64,000 nt of DNA from Octopus bimaculoides (lineage: Eukaryota): positions 8,708,392 through 8,772,391 of the forward strand of contig NC_069009.1 of NCBI RefSeq assembly GCF_001194135.2, in the 5' to 3' direction. Position numbers and translations under genes: made by a program. Below the pieces are notes generated by a model. That model saw only the letters and a program-made list of their open reading frames with translations, ran no database searches and was not told the origin of the DNA. Positions 1-9,487 of the stretch are shown piece by piece. Numbering within the stretch: the first letter of the stretch is position 1; every line of letters starts with the position of its first letter.

Positions 1-490
1 TATATATATATGCATGTATGTATGTATATATGTATGCCTGTATATATGTGAGAGTATAGTTTCACTGTAGTAGTCTCAGTATGAAAATGAAACCATTAAA
101 GTGAAAGTATCTGTCATTACAGTATTGAAATGTGATTGTTTCAGTTTTGATACTGAAATAGTTTTCTTTTTCTGTCAGTGTTTCTCCTTCCTTTCTTTTT
201 GTATTTGTTGTTGGATCGTTCGTAAAGATTCATAAGAGAAAGTAGGAGTTGAAAGGATTTGTAAAGGTAGTAAAAAGAGGAAATTAGATTTTATTAGAGG
301 GGAAAATGTTAATTTGTGTAGTTTTATGGATTTTATTCGTAATTGGGAGTTATTTTGACGGAAAAAATGACACTGTCACCTAAGTTATGATATTTAGAAT
401 ATTAATTCCGATTCTTTCATCCAAGAAATTTGGAATTGTGTAAGTGTATGAATTTTAAATATATACACACATACACAAAAAATTTGCCTT

Positions 491-1000
491 TTATAGATAA
501 GATATATAGAGTCCTCTTTTGACTTCCCACTGGGGTCCTTTGATATCACTTCTATTTGATATACAAAAATCTCTGTGTTGCAGTAAGCCATTAAGGGGAC
601 ATGAGGTGTTGCCTCTGCACGAGACTGTCCAGTCTATGTCCATTCTGGCCCCCAGAAATGGCTTAGGGATCATCTTTATATAAAGTAAAATTAGTTGACA
701 AGAATTTCTTACTTCAGAGGTCTAGTATATTAAGGCCTATGAGGTCACAGATGTTTATGCTGTTGATGGCTGGCCTGCCCATTTTTCTGTCACCTGGTAT
801 AGCTGCTGTGAGCTTGGTTTTTAGGGCATCCAGAGTGTGAGCTACCAGAATGTAGTGATCAGCTTATTGTAGTGCAATGATTTGTTCAGATGGGGCTTAG
901 TGGAAGGCATGTAGCCTTCTGTTGTTGGAAAAGTTGTTGAGTTTGAAGCTGGGTGGCTGCTGCCTTTCCTGCACAGTGATGGGATCACACTGACAAAGAA
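491..1000 (-). mobile_element. Possible Penelope-like element fragment (region upstream of the GIY-YIG domain)
   Basis: SCRGNTSCPLNG resembles the CxCR...CPLxG motif preceding the PLE endonuclease; otherwise highly decayed. Confidence 0.4.
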
Positions 1001-1012
1001 ATTATTAAACAA

Positions 1013-1103
1013 CTAGCAGAAATACCCGGCGTTGCCCGGGTTAAAGAGAATAATGAAATCTAAAAACGCCGTCTAGACTACGCATCATCTTTATATATAG
1101 AGA
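1013..1103 (-). mobile_element. 91-bp miniature non-autonomous Helitron
   Basis: Minus strand reads A|TCTCTATATATAAAG...ACCCGG-GCAACG-CCGGGT-atttctg-CTAG|T: 5' TC, subterminal hairpin, 3' CTAG, inserted between A and T. Confidence 0.8.
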
Positions 1104-2196
1104 TGTATATACACACACGCACCCAAACACACGTATATATATGTATATCAATATAAATATATGAAAGTCAATGAAGTTTCGTAAAAGAAGGTGATCATGT
1201 ACATACTTTCTTGCTGTTGTGATTATAACACCTCATTGTAAACTATGTTCCTTGTTTTCCCTTGTGGAGCATATACAAATAGGTTTTTTGTTGCTGCCCA
1301 CTCTTGAGCAGTCAACATACAGTTGTCCATGTGAGAAGNNNNNNNNNNNNNNNNNNNNNNNNNNNNNNNNNNNNNNNNNNNNNNNNNNNNNNNNNNNNNN
1401 NNNNNNNNNNNNNNNNNNNNNNNNNNNNNNNNNNNNNNNNNNNNNNNNNNNNNNNNNNNNNNNNNNNNNNNNNNNNNNNNNNNNNNNNNNNNNNNNNNNN
1501 NNNNNNNNNNNNNNNNNNNNNNNNNNNNNNNNNNNNNNNNNNNNNNNNNNNNNNNNNNNNNNNNNNNNNNNNNNNNNNNNNNNNNNNNNNNNNNNNNNNN
1601 NNNNNNNNNNNNNNNNNNNNNNNNNNNNNNNNNNNNNNNNNNNNNNNNNNNNNNNNNNNNNNNNNNNNNNNNNNNNNNNNNNNNNNNNNNNNNNNNNNNN
1701 NNNNNNNNNNNNNNNNNNNNNNNNNNNNNNNNNNNNNNNNNNNNNNNNNNNNNNNNNNNNNNNNNNNNNNNNNNNNNNNNNNNNNNNNNNNNNNNNNNNN
1801 NNNNNNNNNNNNNNNNNNNNNNNNNNNNNNNNNNNNNNNNNNNNNNNNNNNNNNNNNNNNNNNNNNNNNNNNNNNNNNNNNNNNNNNNNNNNNNNNNNNN
1901 NNNNNNNNNNNNNNNNNNNNNNNNNNNNNNNNNNNNNNNNNNNNNNNNNNNNNNNNNNNNNNNNNNNNNNNNNNNNNNNNNNNNNNNNNNNNNNNNNNNN
2001 NNNNNNNNNNNNNNNNNNNNNNNNNNNNNNNNNNNNNNNNNNNNNNNNNNNNNNNNNNNNNNNNNNNNNNNNNNNNNNNNNNNNNNNNNNNNNNNNNNNN
2101 NNNNNNNNNNNNNNNNNNNNNNNNNGTGAAAGTATCTGTCACTACAGTATCGAAATGTGATTGTTTCAGTTAGTGGAATAGTTACATTTTTAAAGT

Positions 2197-2398
2197 GAAA
2201 GTATTTGACATGAGTGTTTTTGTTTCACTTTTGACACTTAATACTTAAATAGTGGAGGAGATATTATGTTGCCGTGTGCTCGAACTCTGCAAGAAGTTAA
2301 TAATTTTTTTTGACTAAAACACAACTGGAACCCTAAGTAAGGCATGTGTAAAATTTGAATGAAATTGGTTGCGTAGTTCTTGAGTTTTAGGGATTCAC

Positions 2399-2436
<38 letters not shown>

Positions 2437-2471
2437 CGACAGACAGACACACACACATTCTCATTTTTATA
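2197..2471 (-). mobile_element. 5' fragment of a Helitron-type element with a (GTCT)n microsatellite
   Basis: Reverse complement aligns with 26006-26230 (tatatatataaaa..gagaatgt...gaatccctaaaactc.agaactac.caaccaatttcattcaaattttacacatgccttacttaggg). Confidence 0.7.
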
Positions 2472-2472
2472 T

Positions 2473-3230
2473 ATATATAGATACAGAAGCCCACCTGCAG
2501 CCTTCTACAACTTCTGTTTAAACACCGATGGGCTCAGATTTATACCTACCAACCACAACTTGGGTCACTGTATCTGTGTGAAAGTGGCAGAGGGGATTCA
2601 CAAATTTGGGTGAGTGACCAAACTTCCTGAGAACACCCCCACAGATGTTCCTTGATTAGAGTGTCAAAGTCCTTTGGCACATTCAAAAATACAATGAATA
2701 AGCTTTTATGTTGCTACCTGAAGCTGCCTTGTAGTAAAATCATGTCATTTCTGCTTTGATCACTGCCAAATCTGTCCAGTAACTCAGGTATGATGTTTTC
2801 TGGTAATGACTAGACCAGTCTTTTGAGTATGACTTTGGACAGGACCTTCTCAGAAATGATCGGGGATGTTGGAACCCTACTGTTGGAACAAGTATTCATG
2901 CACATTTATGAATGTACATAAATGCACACATACAAATACGTGTACACATGCTTTCAACACACACACACACACATACACTTTGAAATATACTTACAAACAT
3001 ACACACACACAAATACATACATAAACCTCATTGTACCCTTTCTTTCTTTTTCCAGATTCCCTGTTGCTGTCCCTATATATAGCTCCAGGTCCGTCCAGTT
3101 GCAGTAGACAGAAGGCATTTCAGCTTTGACCTCCATCTCACCTGTGTAGGGCAGGTATGAAGTCTTATGGGGAAATTTCAGATTCCAAGGAAACTGGTTA
3201 CAGTCCATAGTGAAACAAGAATTAATTCAT
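2473..3230 (-). mobile_element. RTE-like reverse-transcriptase fragment, split by a microsatellite
   Basis: Minus strand reads SEKVLSKVILKRL...LFIVFLNVPKDFDTL...KFGHSPKFV (frameshifted). The extension beyond ~2890 is weaker. Confidence 0.6.
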
Positions 3231-3573
3231 AGGAAGGCTTGTGGAAGAGTTTTTTAAATTTTAATTAACACCATCAGGAGTGACTAATTGAATGATTCAG
3301 AACCATTTTAATTCATCATAAAGTGTAGAAGACTGAGAGTAAAAAATTGTCACTTGGACAGAAAGTTGCCAACCAAAGAATCATTAATGTATCTTTATTT
3401 AAGATAGTAGCATTTGTTTAAGATAATAGTATTGAAAGTAATTTAACTGCTATTTCTTGTGGGTTGAGTGACTGCATGGAGGCTCCTTTGGCTGCTGTTG
3501 TTGTCGTTGTTATCATCTGTGTCACCTCTACATTAACTCAACTTATGTTTAAAAAACCTGACTACAGAGTGTA

Positions 3574-5685
3574 ATGTTTAATCAGAAATTGAGAAAATAT
3601 ACCCAATTGTTCGACCATTCTACCAATCTCATTGAATTTCCACTGTTGTTACTGCTGTTGTCATTGTTGTTGCTGCCTTTATCATTGTCAGCATATCTGC
3701 CCAATTGTACATGTGTCCACACTTCCTGCAACTGTACAACCAATACTTATGTTCCTCAATTACCACAGAACATCACGAATATCATTTTTAAGAACTCTAA
3801 GTTTAGACTGACCAAGGAATTCATGGTGAATATCTCAAGCTTGTCTCTTGTATCGCTGAAGTTTGAAAATACAGCTATTTACTCATCTAATAGTTCGGCT
3901 TTTGAAAATTTTAGAACACTAAGCATTCTTGAATTCTTTGGGTGCTATTTTCAGCCCAGAATATTGTACACAGCCTTTGCCAATGCTAAACAGCTAACCA
4001 AGTTATACATCACTTCAACAAAAATTAAGGAGCTGTCTGAGTATTTCTTTGAGAATTTGCGTTGGACCCAGTTGACTCACTTGTCTTTGATACGCTGTGG
4101 GTTTGACACTTTCAATGGCACACAGTTTTCAACTCTGAAATACTTGCGGGATTTAGACTTTTCTGAGAATTTTATCAAGACTACCATTTGGGGCATTAAT
4201 CCGTCATTGAACGTCTTGAAAATTCCCCATAGCAGTCTTCAGCATTTGCCTGCTTTTGTTAGTTCCAGAGGTGAGTCTTACTACCCAAATTTAACACGTT
4301 TGGAAATTGGTGTCGAAAGAATTCCTCATTTGAATGAGACAACATGCAAGGGACTGCAACATCTACAACATTTGTATATATGGTGCGATCAATTAGAAAA
4401 AATCAATTCCTTGTTCAAGCCCATGCAAAACCTTCAAACATTTCATCTTTGTGCTTCTTTATTTAGCCATCAGCCAAAACTTAGGATTACAAGTTCAAAT
4501 TTTCGAAGCAAAACCCTTCAAAATCTGACACTGGAAAATGTGCGTGTTTTTGCAGATACCCAGATAGATTTGTTTCGCTATTTTCCAAGCCTCATCAGCC
4601 TTCAGTTAATCGTAACTACTTTGTTAAGTGACTCTAAATCAATCAACCAATCACTGGCATTTCTTCCAAATTTAGTTACTTTACAAATGAGTTTCTCCAA
4701 TCTGAAAACCATTCCAAAAGTTATATGCAACATGGTTAACTTAACTTCTTTAAACTTGAAAGGCAACGCAATTGTGTGGTGGAATGATACCAATTGCTTT
4801 GTCATGAAGAAACTACACTTTCTCTCTTTCTCAGAGAACAGAATAAGTATTGTAGGGGATAAAACCTTTTCCCCCTTACTTATAAACAACAAAAAACTCA
4901 GATGGGATTTGTCCCTTAACCCTTTCTTGTGTAACTGTGAAAATGCCTGGTTTAAGAGCTGGGTAGAAAAGAACCACCAAAAATTCTTATACTATCCTAA
5001 AGACTTCACATGTGACACTCCAGCAGATTTGAGAGGTAAACAGCTGTCAGATATCGACCTTGGAAACAACATATGTGGAGTCAGTGTTATGCCATCAGTT
5101 GGGATCACTATTGGAATTGTGTTGGGCTCACTGATGTTTGTGTTTGTAGTGGTTGCCAGCATCTCATACTACAAGAGATGGGCTTTGCGCTATATCTGTT
5201 ACTTGCTCAAGTCTCGCAAGAAGCAGGAAAGAAGCCAACAAGATGAGAAAAGTTATGTGTATGATGCATTCATCTGCTATCATAACAGTGATAGTAAATA
5301 CCTGCTGGAAAAGCTGCAGCCAAAACTAGAAGAGGAAAATAACTTTCGGTTGTGCATCCATGATCGAGATTTTGTTCCAGGATGGGACATTGTTGATAAT
5401 ATTGTTGAAAGTATTGAGAAGAGCCACAAGATTGTGCTGCTTCTCTCAAACAACTTTGCCCTCAGTGAGTGGTGCCAGTTTGAATCGACAATGGCTCAGC
5501 AGCGACTCTTCAATGAGAAAAAGAACACTTTGATCCCAATTCTTCTTGAACCAATCAAAATTAAAAATCAAACATCCCGGCTAACCATTCTCTTGAAGGA
5601 AAAGACCTACCTAGAATGGACAGATGACAAAAATGGTCAAAAGTTGTTTTGGGCACGTCTTTTAAATACCATGAGGGGTCCTTGA
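3574..5685 (+). CDS. Toll-like receptor, single-cysteine-cluster type, intronless CDS (703 aa)
   Basis: Uninterrupted ORF with a hydrophobic leader (FPLLLLLLSLLLLPLSLSA), Cys-rich N-cap (PNCTCVHTSCNC) and LRR motifs (LKYLRDLDFSENFI, LVTLQMSFSNL, LTSLNLKGNAI). LRRCT: WDLSLNPFLCNCENAWF...FTCDTPADLRGKQL...C. TM: VGITIGIVLGSLMFVFVVVASISYY. TIR: YVYDAFICY, LCIHDRDFVPG, SHKIVLLLSNNFALSEWCQFE, YLEWTDD...LFWARL. No one-to-one orthologue can be named. Confidence 0.96.
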   Translation: MFNQKLRKYTQLFDHSTNLIEFPLLLLLLSLLLLPLSLSAYLPNCTCVHTSCNCTTNTYVPQLPQNITNIIFKNSKFRLTKEFMVNISSLSLVSLKFENTAIYSSNSSAFENFRTLSILEFFGCYFQPRILYTAFANAKQLTKLYITSTKIKELSEYFFENLRWTQLTHLSLIRCGFDTFNGTQFSTLKYLRDLDFSENFIKTTIWGINPSLNVLKIPHSSLQHLPAFVSSRGESYYPNLTRLEIGVERIPHLNETTCKGLQHLQHLYIWCDQLEKINSLFKPMQNLQTFHLCASLFSHQPKLRITSSNFRSKTLQNLTLENVRVFADTQIDLFRYFPSLISLQLIVTTLLSDSKSINQSLAFLPNLVTLQMSFSNLKTIPKVICNMVNLTSLNLKGNAIVWWNDTNCFVMKKLHFLSFSENRISIVGDKTFSPLLINNKKLRWDLSLNPFLCNCENAWFKSWVEKNHQKFLYYPKDFTCDTPADLRGKQLSDIDLGNNICGVSVMPSVGITIGIVLGSLMFVFVVVASISYYKRWALRYICYLLKSRKKQERSQQDEKSYVYDAFICYHNSDSKYLLEKLQPKLEEENNFRLCIHDRDFVPGWDIVDNIVESIEKSHKIVLLLSNNFALSEWCQFESTMAQQRLFNEKKNTLIPILLEPIKIKNQTSRLTILLKEKTYLEWTDDKNGQKLFWARLLNTMRGP

Positions 5686-6302
5686 GTGTCATTTAAACAT
5701 AACAAAAGAATCATAAGGATTTAACCATTTCTGTGCCATTTTTGATGGTGAAATTTTCAATGTGTAACATTTTAATGGTAACAATTTAACACATGACATT
5801 ATGACTGTGATAAAGTCTAATGTTTTTCTGACCTGTAAAACTTTAAAACCATAATATGTTGATAATGAAAACTAGTGGCAAAAGACCTCCACACCAAATG
5901 TGAATACAAACAAAAAAAATTACCTGCAAACATTTTCTCAGATACGGAACATTTTGATGGCTAAAAATTTAATATATACCATCTTAATATGGAATATTTT
6001 AGCATGAAAATTCTGAAGGTAAAACTTGTAGTGGTATAAAGACTTAATGCAAAAATAATGCAAAAAAGAAATTTTTTACTAGCAAAAAATTTACCAGTTT
6101 AATGGATATTTTTAATTGTGAAGATTTAAAGGCAAAATATTTATTGTAAACAACCTGATACGAGGAATTTTAAAGGACATTTTGTCTTTTGTCAGGAAGA
6201 ATGTTAATATTCTAATGCAGAATGTTCCTAATGGCAACATTACATACATACATACATATGTATCTATGTATATGTGTATGCATACATACGTGTGTATGTA
6301 TG

Positions 6303-6357
<55 letters not shown>

Positions 6358-7624
6358 NNNNNNNNNNNNNNNNNNNNNNNNNNNNNNNNNNNNNNNNNNN
6401 NNNNNNNNNNNNNNNNNNNNNNNNNNNNNNNNNNNNNNNNNNNNNNNNNNNNNNNNNNNNNNNGCATAGGTATAAGGGTAAAAAAATTAAAATAATTTAT
6501 TACCAGTGGTTCACATGCTTAATAATAGTCATAAGACAAAGAAGACCCTTTATACACTCATATATATATATATATGACAGGCTTCTTTTCAGTTTCCATC
6601 TACCAAATCCACTTGCAAGGCTTTGGTCAGTCCAGGGCTATGTAGATGATACTTGCTGAAGGTGCCATAGAGTGGGACTGAACCCAAGTTACATGCAGAT
6701 AAAAATTAATGATTTTTTAAATTATTGAATAATATTGTTAATGGTTACTGACATTTAACAGGAAATATTTTTAATGTCAATCATTTTTGTTGCCAACAAT
6801 TTTTTATTATTTACTTGTTGACTACAATTTTAATAGGAGCAATTTAACAGGGCATAATCTAATGGTAGTGAAGGCAAGTGGCTTAGTGGTTAGGGTGTTA
6901 GACTCATAATCATAAGATTGTGATTTCGATTCCTGGACCAGGTGACGCGTTGTGTTCTTGAGCAAAACACTTCATTTCATGTTGCTCCAGTCCACTCAGT
7001 ACTCTTGTGATGTCCAGCGTCCCATCCAGATGAGAAATATATACGCTATTGAAACTGGGAAACTAGCCCTCATGTGCCTGGCATGACTCCAGAAGGAAAC
7101 ATTTATTTATTTTTAAAATCTAATGGTAACACTTTAGCAGTGGACATTTTAATAACTTATTTTAATAGTGAACAATATTTTTTGCCTGACCTTTGCCTGG
7201 AAAAGAAGATCAGGAAAAGACAGCCGCAAACACTTTCTGGTCACTGTTTGTGGCACTACGAACTGGAAGCATCCAAGTTAGTCTTGTGGAACCCACTTCA
7301 TGGTGATATATGAAGAGGAAAATATTGTCACACTTACTTTGACAACATGATTGCAGACACTGGCCTGGAATGTATCCAAGACCTCAAAGCAGTTGTGTTG
7401 GACCAAGAAGTGTGGTGGGTGGACAGTGTTGCTGCAGCCTGGGTTGGAACCCGGCCAAAAAAGAAAAAAAAAAGAATTTTTTTTAAATCCCCAAGTGAAA
7501 CATTAAGAGATGTCTGTTCTTAACACACAGGAAGGATACATTGAACAGCTCCAGAGCTAAGTAATGACACTTAAAACTATAAAGAGAGAGTCCCCTACCA
7601 CCTACACTAGTCTGAAACAAAGAC

Positions 7625-7900
7625 TAACCCTTTAACATTCAGATTACTCGATGAAATGTAATGCATGTTCATTCACATTGTTTTGAATTGTTCATGCATT
7701 ATCTCATAGCTTTGAGATTTCAATGATATGATTGTTTAGTTTTAGAATGACATCGTAAAGGAGGTATAAGAGATGAGACCTGGAGAGTTTGAACATAAAA
7801 CAGGTAGAATATTTGGTTCAGATCTGGCCAGTTTAAACCCTTCAATATTCAGATTGCTCTGTCAAATGTAATACTTATTTATTCACATTATTTTGAATTA
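7625..7900. mobile_element. MITE-like repeat beginning aaccctttaacattcag (piggyBac-like end); related pieces at 9488-9630 and 23180-23390
   Basis: Shared core ttcacattgttttgaatt...attatctcatagcttt...gaacataaaacaggtagaatattt...tggccagtttaaa in three places. Confidence 0.55.
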
Positions 7901-7952
7901 ATCATGGCTTCAGTTCTATATTTAAGAGATGAGGAATTATGTACATTATTTA

Positions 7953-9226
7953 TTAGGTTGGCAACTAAGTTCCCGCCATTTTTTAAAATTAAAAGTTTTT
8001 TAAAGGTTTAATAAAAAATAACAACTAATTAATCAATAATGTATTCACTCTTGTTGTTTACAACTTCTTCCAAANNNNNNNNNNAGCAGAAGAACCCCAT
8101 GCTGATGATTAGGTCTTTTCTCTTGAATAGCCATGTTGAGTCGTTCCATCTGTTGAACATAGACTTCTGCATTGACCGTTTGGTTCTGTTCAAGCAATTC
8201 ATAATGGATAACCCCTTCCCAGTCCCACCATACATGGATGAAGATCTTCTTTTACGCACGGTGTCGCTTGTTTACCGGGGCTAAGCCATCCCTTATGCTG
8301 CTTCATATTGATGTACAGGCACCATTTTTCATTGCCAGTAATGATTCAGTAAAAAAATTGTTGCTTGTATCCATGAGTTGAGCAGTGATGAGCAAGCAAA
8401 CCAGCAGAAATTGTGACTCGTTGATTTTTGTTGTTGTCACTTAAAGCATGCAGAACCCATGCTCCATACTTCTGAACCTTTCCCATCGAGTGAAGATGCT
8501 TCTCTATAGCAGTGTGGGAGCATTCCATTTTCTCTGCCAATTCCCTTGTCATTTGACGATAATTTTCATGCAAAAGTTGGTTTAATCACTCTTCATCAAA
8601 CTCAACTGGACGGCCAGAATGAGGTGTTTCTTTGAGGTCAAAATTTCGGTTTTTGAACTTGGCATACCAAACATGAGTGGTTCTTTCAGTTATGGAACCC
8701 TCTCCATACACAAATGTCGCGAGCAGCTTTTGCCGCCTTAGAACCTAGATTAAAAACAAAAAGAGGGAGGTGTCGAAAATGCTCATTTTTCTTANNNNNN
8801 NNNNNNNNNNNNNNNNNNNNNNNNNNNNNNNNNNNNNNNNNNNNNNNNNNNNNNNNNNNNNNNNNNNNNNNNNNNNNNNNNNNNNNNNNNNNNNNNNNNN
8901 NNNNNNNNNNNNNNNNNNNNNNNNNNNNNNNNNNNNNNNNNNNNNNNNNNNNNNNNNNNNNNNNNNNNNNNNNNNNNNNNNNNNNNNNNNNNNNNNNNNN
9001 NNNNNNNNNNNNNNNNNNNNNNNNNNNNNNNNNNNNNNNNNNNNNNNNNNNNNNNNNNNNNNNNNNNNNNNNNNNNNNNNNNNNNNNNNNNNNNNNNNNN
9101 NNNNNNNNNNNNNNNNNNNNNNNNNNNNNNNNNNNNNNNNNNNNNNNNNNNATTCAAAAATAAAATTCTCGTAAAAAATAAATTCCAAAATTTAAAAACA
9201 CGGAGGGAACTTAGTTGCCAACCCAA
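7953..9226 (-). mobile_element. Mariner DNA transposon, full length (1274 bp), decayed, contains N gaps
   Basis: TIRs ttaggttggcaactaagttcccgcc and ggagggaacttagttgccaacccaa, left TA intact. Minus-strand remnants include KVQKYGAWVLHALS (WVPHEL motif) and IITGNEKWCLYIN. Confidence 0.9.
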
Positions 9227-9229
9227 TGG

Positions 9230-9487
9230 CATTATTTACATTTGATGGATATTGTTTGTTGTTTACACGTTTCAGCTGATATACCCTCCAGCCTTCATCA
9301 GGTGTCTTGGGGAAATTTTGAATGTGGGTTCTCATTCCTAAGGTATTTTTCAATGTTGTTGCTATTATTATTATTATTATTGTTGTTGTTGTTGTTATTA
9401 CTATTATTATTATTCAGGTCACTGCCTGGAATCGAACCCAGAATCTTGGGGTTAGTAGCCTGTGCTCTTAACCACTATGCCATATGG
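9230..9487 (-). mobile_element. Second composite copy: tRNA-like head + (AAT)n + hammerhead tail, degenerate
   Basis: Head 9486-9415 (tggcatagtggttaag...ggttcgattcc), (AAT/AAC)n, then CTGATGAaggctggagggtatatcagctGAAACGTgt at 9308-9264. Confidence 0.78.

Noticed and set aside
101-2171. 46-bp near-duplicate at 101-146 and 2126-2171
   Set aside because: The second copy borders a gap; cannot distinguish a dispersed repeat from an assembly effect.
3056-3154. Candidate + strand exon upstream of the TLR (tttccag|...gcag|gtatga)
   Set aside because: All three frames contain stops and it overlaps an antisense RTE-like remnant. It could be a 5' UTR exon, but sequence alone cannot support that.
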